From contig CANLTW010000018.1 of the NCBI GenBank assembly GCA_947494155.1, forward strand, positions 1-22,873: DNA of 22,873 bases. The letters are read 5' to 3'. The position numbers and the translations under genes were made by a program. Origin of the DNA: Chlamydiota bacterium (GTDB lineage: Bacteria > Chlamydiota > Chlamydiia > Chlamydiales > RGXB01). This document shows positions 1 through 7,407 of the stretch, one piece after another. Positions within the stretch are counted from its first letter, which is position 1, and every line of letters starts with the position of its first letter. The notes under the pieces were generated by a model, which saw nothing but the letters and a program-made list of their open reading frames with translations, did no database searches and had not been told where the DNA came from.

Positions 1-125
1 ATATAATATAAATTATTTTACAATAAATGCTTAAGTCATTGAGGGTGTACTTTTTGCAAATCAGACTTTAGGTTTTTAAACTATCCAGGCTTGGGGGAAA
101 CGGGTACATCTGTATTCATTTTAAT

Positions 126-175
126 AAAAAAGGGGTTGAAATGAGCTCCACGCTATGGCTCACCGCAACCCCTTT
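126..175 (-). terminator. Intrinsic terminator downstream of the fdx-iscA pair
   Basis: 10-bp inverted repeat AAAGGGGTTG (129-138) / CAACCCCTTT (166-175) with an inner TGAGC/GCTCA stem. On the minus strand it ends in a U-run and starts 25 nt after the iscA stop. Confidence 0.65.
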
Positions 176-200
176 AATTAGGCTTTCAAGAATCAAAAAC

Positions 201-755
201 CTAGTAAGACTGGGATTTTCCGCACCCGCAAGAGCTTTTTGCGTTTGGATTAGAGATTTTAAACCCTGCCCCGTTTAGGCCCGAGTGGTAATCAATTTCG
301 GCACCAAGCAATAAACCAACTTTGCGATTATCGACATGGATATCTAGCCCGTTGGAATGAAACACCGTATCTAACTCTTTATCAGCCTCTTGAGAAAAAT
401 CGAGTACGTACTGGAACCCGCTGCAACCCCCGGGGATACAGTCGAATCTTAGGGCGGCATTTTCCAAACCTTCCGTTTTGGCGATCTCTTTAAAAGCTTC
501 TGCAGCTTTTTGGGTTACATGAATTCCATTCAACTCGAGCTTTTGTTCAAGGACAGTGTTCAGCGTGCGCACAAGACTCTCAATCTCCTCAGAATCGTAT
601 CCGTGAGAAAGCATCCCTGCTTCTAAAGTTTCGTAGCTGCTTGAATGACAGCCTACACAGTGTAAACCTGCGTCTGTAATAGACTGTGCAAGTTTTTGGC
701 TCTTTTCAGGAAAGCCGTTGAGGATCTGTTCGATCGTCATCTCTTTTGTAATCAT
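201..755 (-). CDS. IscA/HesB-family Fe-S cluster assembly accessory protein with an N-terminal DUF1858-like domain
   Basis: C-terminal HesB motifs GGCSGFQY and NPNAKSSCGCGKS. The N-terminal ITKEMTIEQIL...GLHCVGC...ETLE...HG resembles DUF1858. Confidence 0.9.
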   Translation of the reverse strand: MITKEMTIEQILNGFPEKSQKLAQSITDAGLHCVGCHSSSYETLEAGMLSHGYDSEEIESLVRTLNTVLEQKLELNGIHVTQKAAEAFKEIAKTEGLENAALRFDCIPGGCSGFQYVLDFSQEADKELDTVFHSNGLDIHVDNRKVGLLLGAEIDYHSGLNGAGFKISNPNAKSSCGCGKSQSY

Positions 756-770
756 GGGTTAACCCCTTTT

Positions 771-1076
771 TTAAAATCTGAATTTAACAGTGCCCTCGGA
801 GGCGATTTTGCATTGACATGCAAGCCTTTCTACCCCTTGACCTGGTTTAAGTTGCTCTGGTTTAGGACCCAAAAAGTCCTCTTCTGCCTCATTGTAGGGT
901 GAAAGATGGCTCCCCCCTTCAACAACCTCAATGATGCAAGTGCCGCAAATTCCCTCTTCACATGCAAAAGGGACCCCCGCCTCCTCGCAGCAACTTTTGA
1001 TAGAGGCGCCCTCTTCTAAATTTCCAAGCTCGATCTCTTTGCCCCGATCCAAAACAACTAATTTTGTGTGTGACAC
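771..1076 (-). CDS. 2Fe-2S ferredoxin
   Basis: C-x4-C-x2-C motif (ACEEGICGTC) plus distal RLACQC. GTG start with AGGAG at 1091-1087. Confidence 0.9.
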   Translation of the reverse strand: MSHTKLVVLDRGKEIELGNLEEGASIKSCCEEAGVPFACEEGICGTCIIEVVEGGSHLSPYNEAEEDFLGPKPEQLKPGQGVERLACQCKIASEGTVKFRF

Positions 1077-1341
1077 AGCGTATTAACTCCTAAATGCGAT
1101 TTGTTCGCCCATGGCCTGGGGGATAGTCGAATGAAAGAACCCCATTTTGAGGTGGGCCATAAACATTTTGATTCGAAGTTTATCAAAAAGTAACCCTTAA
1201 AGCAACCCTGTAGGAGGTTTTTTTTGACCAAAGATTGGGAAAAGCAATTTACAGTTTTTAACTAGCTCATTGTGAATTAGTTGAATCTAAATATTTCAAA
1301 AAGCATAATTAATTGATGTTCAATAAAAAAATCTTTTTGCT

Positions 1342-2274
1342 TTGCTTCAATTTACTAGTCTGGCCGCTTTTGGGGTGGTACCACCTTACCTTCAAGAAAA
1401 AGAGTCCTATTCTGCAGCTTTAAACAGCTATACACTTGTAGCTATCACATTTCACTATACCGAATCCCGATTTTGTTATTTGGAAGAGGTTCTTGAGCGT
1501 CTTAGCACTTTCCCCAAAGCCGATATCGTCATTTTTACAAATACCTGCGTACCGGAAAAAATAGCTAGAATTGAACAAAGCAGTAAAAAAGTTTTCCCCT
1601 CCGGTATCAAAGAGGGCTCTGTTTCGATCAAAAGTATCCCCTCACTCAAAGACCCATTTGATCTTACCTGGAGTCATAAGGAGCTCATTCAAAACGATTT
1701 TTTGGAAGAAAAAAAAGGGTATTCCCACTTTCTCTATTTAGAGGATGATATAGGCCTGGATTTCACCAATTTTTGTTACTTCCTCCATTTTCGAGAGGTC
1801 CTTAGACCAACAGGGCTTCTTCCCGCATTTTTACGGGTAGAAATAAACCAAAAAGGGGATCTTGTAGCAACCGATAATTGTGATGTTTTAGACTTCTCAA
1901 AGCGAAAGAGGCTCAGTTATGAGAATTTGATTTTTATCAATCCAACATCACCCCATATGGGCTGTTTTATTTTAGATAAAGAGCTTGCTAAAGAATATGT
2001 GCAAACCGACTCTTTTCAAAAAGAAAAAAGCAAGAACGTTTGTCCTTGGGAGGTGAGGGAGAGGGCTGCTATGGGATTGTGTTTTGAAAATATCCCCTAC
2101 CCCTTTGGTGGTCGCTATGTTGTCCCAATAACTCAAGACGGAATCGGAAAATACCAGAATAGATTTGTGTGCCCAGAGTTTAGTATAGTCTATCATTTAC
2201 CAAATACTTATGCAAATGATCCAGAAAGTAAATATGGTAAAATGCCCATAGAGTCTCTTTTTACCTGCTTGTAA
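1342..2274 (+). CDS. Putative GT-A-fold glycosyltransferase, paralog 1 (5' end possibly frameshifted from ATG 1316)
   Basis: Shares AITFHY, LTWxHK, YxHFxYLEDD, PxFLRVE, CFILDxELAxEY, RAAMGLCF and HLPNxY with the next two ORFs. EDD after a hydrophobic beta-strand is typical of GT-A DxD sites. The function is inferred. Confidence 0.6.
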   Translation: MLQFTSLAAFGVVPPYLQEKESYSAALNSYTLVAITFHYTESRFCYLEEVLERLSTFPKADIVIFTNTCVPEKIARIEQSSKKVFPSGIKEGSVSIKSIPSLKDPFDLTWSHKELIQNDFLEEKKGYSHFLYLEDDIGLDFTNFCYFLHFREVLRPTGLLPAFLRVEINQKGDLVATDNCDVLDFSKRKRLSYENLIFINPTSPHMGCFILDKELAKEYVQTDSFQKEKSKNVCPWEVRERAAMGLCFENIPYPFGGRYVVPITQDGIGKYQNRFVCPEFSIVYHLPNTYANDPESKYGKMPIESLFTCL

Positions 2275-2351
2275 AAAATGAGCCCGATTGGCCTAAATAT
2301 GGAGAACATATAACGATGATTTCAAATAAATTAAAATAGCGAAAAAACGTA

Positions 2352-3323
2352 ATGATTAATAATCTTCTCTTGCGGACGCTTGGATATATTGTGGGTTTCA
2401 GTGTATCTATTTTATCAAGTACAAAAAAAGAGCTCCCCCCTTTCATAAAAGAGGGTACATCCTATCAATCGGCCTTGGATTGTTATCCATTGATTGCAAT
2501 AACTTGCCACTACAACCCCGAGCGATTGGAGTGCCTGGAAAAGGTTCTACAGACACTAAAGACTTTCCCGAAAGCCGATATAGTCCTTTTGACAAATACC
2601 GGACGCAAAAGAAAAACTAAAGAGATCGAGGAGTGTTATAAAAAAGTTTTCCCCGCTGGTATCGAAAGTAAAACAGTATCTATGCGCACATGCCCAGACC
2701 TCATGCATCCTATTGAGCTTACCTGGTCCCATAAACAGCTGATCAAAGACGAATTTCTCGATCCTCAAAAGGGGTACACCCACTTTATTTATCTTGAAGA
2801 CGATATAGCGCTTGACTTTGATAATTTCTGTTATTTTGTCCATGCGCGCGATGTTCTAAAGGAAAAAAGGCTTATTCCCTCTTTCTTACGCGTCGAGACT
2901 AACAATAGAAATCAGATTGTTAGCTCCAGTAGCGCATACAAAATTGCGGTCAATAAGCATCCTCAGGCCCCCTACAGACACCTCCTTTTTCTGAACCTTA
3001 ATGACCCTTTTTGCGCCTGCTATATTTTGGATAAAGAACTCGCTGAAGAGTATAGCAATTCCCCCTCTTTTGACCTAAAAAACAGCTCCAAAGTATACAG
3101 TTGGGGAATACGGATGCGCGCGGGGATGGGATTATGTTTTGAAAATATCCCCTCTCCCTTTTATCACCGTTTTGTCATCCCTTTGGATGTGGACCGATTA
3201 ACCTGCCCATTTTATGCACAAGTGAGCCATATCCCAAGCAGTTTAGCGCGAACCTCCTCAAATTTAGACCATAAAATTCCGGTCGATTCTCTTTTCTATT
3301 TCACACAAAAGGGGGAGAAATGA
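2352..3323 (+). CDS. Putative GT-A-fold glycosyltransferase, paralog 2
   Basis: Same motif set (YTHFIYLEDD, LTWSHK, MGLCFENIP), hydrophobic N-terminus, and an ATGA overlap with paralog 3. Confidence 0.6.
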   Translation: MINNLLLRTLGYIVGFSVSILSSTKKELPPFIKEGTSYQSALDCYPLIAITCHYNPERLECLEKVLQTLKTFPKADIVLLTNTGRKRKTKEIEECYKKVFPAGIESKTVSMRTCPDLMHPIELTWSHKQLIKDEFLDPQKGYTHFIYLEDDIALDFDNFCYFVHARDVLKEKRLIPSFLRVETNNRNQIVSSSSAYKIAVNKHPQAPYRHLLFLNLNDPFCACYILDKELAEEYSNSPSFDLKNSSKVYSWGIRMRAGMGLCFENIPSPFYHRFVIPLDVDRLTCPFYAQVSHIPSSLARTSSNLDHKIPVDSLFYFTQKGEK

Positions 3324-4306
3324 GGCCCTTTTTAACGGTATCTTTTTGGGTAATTTCCTTCATCGCCAACCTGTCTGGGGGCACACTCCCCCCCCCTTTT
3401 TTGCAAGACCTCTCATCTGTCGAGGAGGCAAGGCAAAGTAGTGTTTTAGTAGCAATCACTTTTCACTACGACTCTAAAAGGTTTTGTTATCTGGAACAAG
3501 TTTTAAGTTTTCTTGCGACATTTCCAAAAGTGGATATCGTAATTATTACAAACACCAAGGAAGAAAAGAAGATCCGGCAGATTGAAGAGAGTTTTCAGAA
3601 GGTGAATGGGACAACACCCATCAAAGGTTCGAAAAGCATCCGCAGTTTTCCAAACCTCGAACACCCCCATAACCTCACCTGGTGCCATAAAGATCTCATC
3701 AGCAACGAGTTTTTTGACCAAAAAAATGGCTACACCCACTTTATCTATTTAGAAGATGACATGGGGCTGGACTTTAACAATTTTTCCTATTTTGTCCACT
3801 TTCGCAAAGAGTTGAAAAACCTCGGAGTTATCCCCTCTTTTTTAAGAGTAGAGGTGAATCAAAATAATACGTTTGTCAGCACAGATTACACTTCGAGGGT
3901 AAATATTGATAACCGCTTTCAGGTTCACTACGAAAATTTCGTGTTTGTAAACCCCAAAAACCCCTACACGGCCTGTTTTATTTTAGATCATGAACTGGCC
4001 CAAGAATATGTAGCCTCCCCCTCTTTTGATAGAACTGAAAGCTCTGTTTTGTGTAATTGGGGGACGCGCGAAAGGGCTGCGATGGGGCTTTGTTTTGTCA
4101 ACGTACCTCCAGATTTTACGAGTCGCTACGTGATTCCTTTAGTGAAAAAATCACATTTAATCCCAAGCTATATTTGGATTTACCACCTACCCAATAATTA
4201 CGCTAACGATCCAACAACAAACCTGGGTAAGATAAAAATAGAAAATCTTTTCTTCTCCCGCCAAAAAAATCCTAGTTACCGTAAAGGGTTTATTTTGAAA
4301 CCTTAA
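3320..4306 (+). CDS. Putative GT-A-fold glycosyltransferase, paralog 3
   Basis: Same motif set (YTHFIYLEDD, RERAAMGLCF, YHLPNNYAND) and a signal-peptide-like N-terminus MRPFLTVSFWVISFIANLSGG. Confidence 0.6.
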   Translation: MRPFLTVSFWVISFIANLSGGTLPPPFLQDLSSVEEARQSSVLVAITFHYDSKRFCYLEQVLSFLATFPKVDIVIITNTKEEKKIRQIEESFQKVNGTTPIKGSKSIRSFPNLEHPHNLTWCHKDLISNEFFDQKNGYTHFIYLEDDMGLDFNNFSYFVHFRKELKNLGVIPSFLRVEVNQNNTFVSTDYTSRVNIDNRFQVHYENFVFVNPKNPYTACFILDHELAQEYVASPSFDRTESSVLCNWGTRERAAMGLCFVNVPPDFTSRYVIPLVKKSHLIPSYIWIYHLPNNYANDPTTNLGKIKIENLFFSRQKNPSYRKGFILKP

Positions 4307-4437
4307 CATTTTGAAGCCATCACTTTTTTCCTAGTCCCATTTAGGGGGACACCCCTCTTGGGGATTTTTAAAGTCATGAGAGGGGGGGGGTAATTTTGAG
4401 TAGTTCTGTAAAGAAATCTTCCTTTAAAAATAAAAAA

Positions 4438-4464
4438 TGGTATACTAACTCCTCTTAAAGGAGG
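4438..4464 (+). promoter_or_regulatory. Extended -10 element and RBS for the 4470 ORF
   Basis: TGGTATACT at 4438-4446 after an A-rich tract, and AAGGAGG at 4458-4464, 5 nt before ATG 4470. Confidence 0.45.
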
Positions 4465-4469
4465 CCTAA

Positions 4470-4727
4470 ATGATTGTTTCTTTTTTCGGTAAAACCATTG
4501 CTAAAAACGCCCCTAATGCACAAGGAGCTTTTGATCCCCTCCTTCTTTTGGCCAAAACCATCGCGGGACTACAAAAAAGCATGATCGACAACTCCCGCAA
4601 AATCCAGGAAAAAAACAGGGAGCAGGAGAAAGCAATCCGGATTTATAGAGAAAATTTTGAGACAAAAAAGATGCTCGTAAAGCGGGAAAACCGCCTTCTT
4701 GAATGGATCAAAAAGGCTAAAAAATAG
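4470..4727 (+). CDS. Small hypothetical protein with a charged, probably helical C-terminus
   Basis: 85-aa ORF with a strong RBS and a promoter-like element. It fills the gap between genes on the same strand. Confidence 0.6.
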   Translation: MIVSFFGKTIAKNAPNAQGAFDPLLLLAKTIAGLQKSMIDNSRKIQEKNREQEKAIRIYRENFETKKMLVKRENRLLEWIKKAKK

Positions 4728-4775
4728 CCGTCGAAATCTTCCCCTAAAAAAAAGCGATCCGCTAACATTCTCTTT

Positions 4776-5714
4776 ATGAGCTATTACCTGTATCTCGCCT
4801 CGATTTTTTATCTCTTCGGTCTTTGGGCAAAAGAGCCTATAAAGCTGATTTGGCTTTCCCAAAAACCGGAACACAGCTGGGAGGACACCTGGCTCCATGA
4901 GCTTTTTGAAGAGTGTGGGGCTCCAATTGTGGATGTGGTAGATCTCTCCATGACAAAGATAGAAGAAAGGGCGGTTCTTGTTATTTCCAACCCCCCCTTG
5001 GAGAAGCTCACTCACCTACTGACCACCTATCGCCTGCTCAATATCCCATTTGGTGTGATTCAGCTATCGGACGAAGAGCTCCACTATAGCGATATTGACT
5101 ATCAAAGCGCCTCTTTTATTCTGAAAAATTACTGGTGCGCTTCCTTGGAAAAAAGGGATAAACGGGTACTTTTCTTCCCTTTAGGGTACAAAAGAAATTT
5201 TTGGAAGGGGTTTCATGGCGTAGTAAAGCCCGCTTTTCAGCGAGCCTATAATTGGAGCTTTGCCGGAAATGTCGCTAGGCCTCAGAGGCTTAAGATGGCG
5301 CGACATATGGGATGTATTGAGGGGTATTTTTTCTATCGTGCCGATGGCTTTAACAGCCAGCACGCTTTGAATACAGCACAGTATAGGGATTTACTACTTG
5401 AGTCGACATTTTCCCCTTGTCCTATCGGAAACAGTTCGTTTGATTCTTTTCGGGTGTATGAATCGCTTGAAGCGGGATCCATTCCTATTGTCCAAAGTAC
5501 CCATAAAGGGGACTATTTTACCCATCTTTTGGGTCCCCACCCCCTCCTAGTTGTAGAGGACTGGCAGGAGGCGCCAGGTTTAGTGCGAAAGCTTCTTGAA
5601 AACCCCTTACAGCTCGAAAATAAAAGGCTCGCCTGTTTGAGTTTTTGGGAAAAAAAGAAAAAGGAGCTAAAATCCACAATCAAAGCTCTTGTGGATGAGA
5701 CATTTAAAGATTAA
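4776..5714 (+). CDS. Exostosin-like (GT47-type) glycosyltransferase
   Basis: WSFAG...R, YRDLLLESTFSPCPIGN and DSFRVYESLEAGSIPIV match the exostosin C-terminal signature (S-x-F-x-x-C-P-x-G...R-x-Y-E-x-L-x-x-G-x-I-P). N-terminal hydrophobic segment present. Confidence 0.75.
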   Translation: MSYYLYLASIFYLFGLWAKEPIKLIWLSQKPEHSWEDTWLHELFEECGAPIVDVVDLSMTKIEERAVLVISNPPLEKLTHLLTTYRLLNIPFGVIQLSDEELHYSDIDYQSASFILKNYWCASLEKRDKRVLFFPLGYKRNFWKGFHGVVKPAFQRAYNWSFAGNVARPQRLKMARHMGCIEGYFFYRADGFNSQHALNTAQYRDLLLESTFSPCPIGNSSFDSFRVYESLEAGSIPIVQSTHKGDYFTHLLGPHPLLVVEDWQEAPGLVRKLLENPLQLENKRLACLSFWEKKKKELKSTIKALVDETFKD

Positions 5715-5717
5715 AAA

Positions 5718-5903
5718 CTAAAACTCATTAGCCGGGTCGCTATTTTCATGAATCATGTTCTCTACGGTTTTTTTAAGAGTCATAATTCCCCGACGAAATC
5801 CGCACTCAAGCAATATACGATCTAAGTAACTCCACTCCGTCTCGAAGTGATCAAGCCTGGTCTCTAGTCTGGCAATCTCTTTTAAAAGCTCTTTTTCACG
5901 CAT
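5718..5903 (-). CDS. Small conserved hypothetical protein (chlamydial-type)
   Basis: The pattern IARLET-x-x-D-x-x-x-x-E-x-x-YLD-x-IL-x-x-CGF-x-x-G-x-x-TLK is one I recall from environmental Chlamydiae. It converges tightly on the GT47 stop. Confidence 0.65.
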   Translation of the reverse strand: MREKELLKEIARLETRLDHFETEWSYLDRILLECGFRRGIMTLKKTVENMIHENSDPANEF

Positions 5904-6164
5904 CCACTACACCCTTTGCCGCTCGCCCCGAGGAAATCGGAATCCACGTTATTTTTCAGTTCACTTATAAAGTATATTATAAATTAATTTAATAAACAAA
6001 CAAAAGTTTAACTACTTTGTTTCGAGAGTATTAAAACTTTTTACACCCGTAGACCACACGTTATCAACAACCTAGGAATTATTAAAAATATTTAGTTTAT
6101 TAAAATTAAAATTTTGTATTATAATAGTTTTTGTAAAAGAAAATAAAAACCAAAAGGTAATAAT

Positions 6165-7271
6165 ATGAATGCCGCATCATTTACAGATTCAACTCATTCG
6201 GGTAATGCTCCACCTCATCTACCGAATCAACACGATAGCATCGCCGCCGATAACACAAGCAGAGTCGTCGATAGCGCATCACAAGGTCTTTCAAGCAGCA
6301 TGAGGGAAAGAGTGTCTTCACTCCGTACCAGTATTCAAGAAACGTTCCTACCAGAAACTCATCGAGAGAATAACGCCGCAATTGAAAGTAGAAATGAAAA
6401 ACTAAGTAATTTCCTTAGAACCGTTAAGCAAACATTAAAAAATCCTGGTTTAGCTGAAGCTGATATTAGAAATTCTGTCTTGTCCGATGGCCTTTCTCTC
6501 GAAGGGTTACCCGAAGATCTTGTGGCGCCAATCAGAGCTGAATTTAAACGTTTACCAACTGAGAACCGAACTTTTGGAGCGTTGAGTGACATTGTTTTAA
6601 AAAATAAGCAAGAGGAAAAATGTGTCTTTTCTAATTACGGAACTCGACTCATGCAGTTAGTGGTTGATTACGGAACTACTGATTTTACTACTACTCCAAA
6701 GGTACTTACTGATAAAAACAAGACACACACAATCGCGCAAATTAAAGAAACTTTTAGCGAAAATAGTCCTGTAAAGGGAGCGTTTTTAGCTACAGGCAAG
6801 TTGCTCGAGACTGTTTATAAAACTACCGCAGATAGAGGATTAGTCGGGAAGTACAATCTAATCGACCAGTGTGCAAAAACATTTCGCGACAAGGTACATG
6901 ATGGTAGTAGTTGGACCATAACGAAAGTGGCTGTTACTCTACTTGCATTCCCCCTTCTTGGTTTAAAACTAGCTTCCAAAGCTGCCCGTTTTGGTTTAGG
7001 GGTAATTGCTGTATTAGGGACAATCGCTCTAGCAGCATTCCTAGGCGTTTGTTTAGCCGCCGGGTTTGCTATCAAAGAAGGCGTACAATTGGTTGGTAGA
7101 AAAATCGGTTATTACGACAACGATGTTGCAGAGTATTTTAAGTATAGAATTCCAGATGCTGCATATCATGCTGATTTCTTCCAACTGAACGTATCCAGAA
7201 AATTGGTAAAGTTAATGGAAAACGACGCGGATTACCAAACATTCAAAAAAGAAGCAAAAGGTGAGGAGTAG
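6165..7271 (+). CDS. Hypothetical protein, Inc-like / type III effector candidate
   Basis: Ser/Asn/Thr-rich low-complexity N-terminus and a roughly 50-aa bilobed hydrophobic stretch (VAVTLLAFPLLGL...FGLGVIAVLGTIALAAFLGVCLAAGFAI). It has its own AT-rich upstream region (TATAAT 6120-6125, AAAGGT RBS) and its own terminator. Confidence 0.6.
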   Translation: MNAASFTDSTHSGNAPPHLPNQHDSIAADNTSRVVDSASQGLSSSMRERVSSLRTSIQETFLPETHRENNAAIESRNEKLSNFLRTVKQTLKNPGLAEADIRNSVLSDGLSLEGLPEDLVAPIRAEFKRLPTENRTFGALSDIVLKNKQEEKCVFSNYGTRLMQLVVDYGTTDFTTTPKVLTDKNKTHTIAQIKETFSENSPVKGAFLATGKLLETVYKTTADRGLVGKYNLIDQCAKTFRDKVHDGSSWTITKVAVTLLAFPLLGLKLASKAARFGLGVIAVLGTIALAAFLGVCLAAGFAIKEGVQLVGRKIGYYDNDVAEYFKYRIPDAAYHADFFQLNVSRKLVKLMENDADYQTFKKEAKGEE

Positions 7272-7327
7272 TTTAAGCTCCGTATTACGGCGTAGGATTT
7301 TCCTTTGCGTAATCTAGGTGTTTAGCC

Positions 7328-7362
7328 AAAAGGGTGATTTCGAGAGAAATCACCCTTTTTTT
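7328..7362 (+). terminator. Intrinsic terminator
   Basis: Perfect 14-bp stem AAAAGGGTGATTTC / GAAATCACCCTTTT with a GAGA (GNRA) tetraloop, ending in a T7 run. Confidence 0.9.
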
Positions 7363-7407
7363 GTATAGGTTGACTTTTTCGCCGTTTTTGCTGTATGGAT
7401 CGGGTCT

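Noticed and set aside
4449..4463. RBS-sequestering hairpin CTCCT/AGGAG
   Set aside because: It is only 5 bp and partly upstream of the probable transcription start, so the evidence is insufficient.
4569..5015. 148-aa minus-strand ORF
   Set aside because: It is antisense to two better-supported plus-strand genes and has no motifs.
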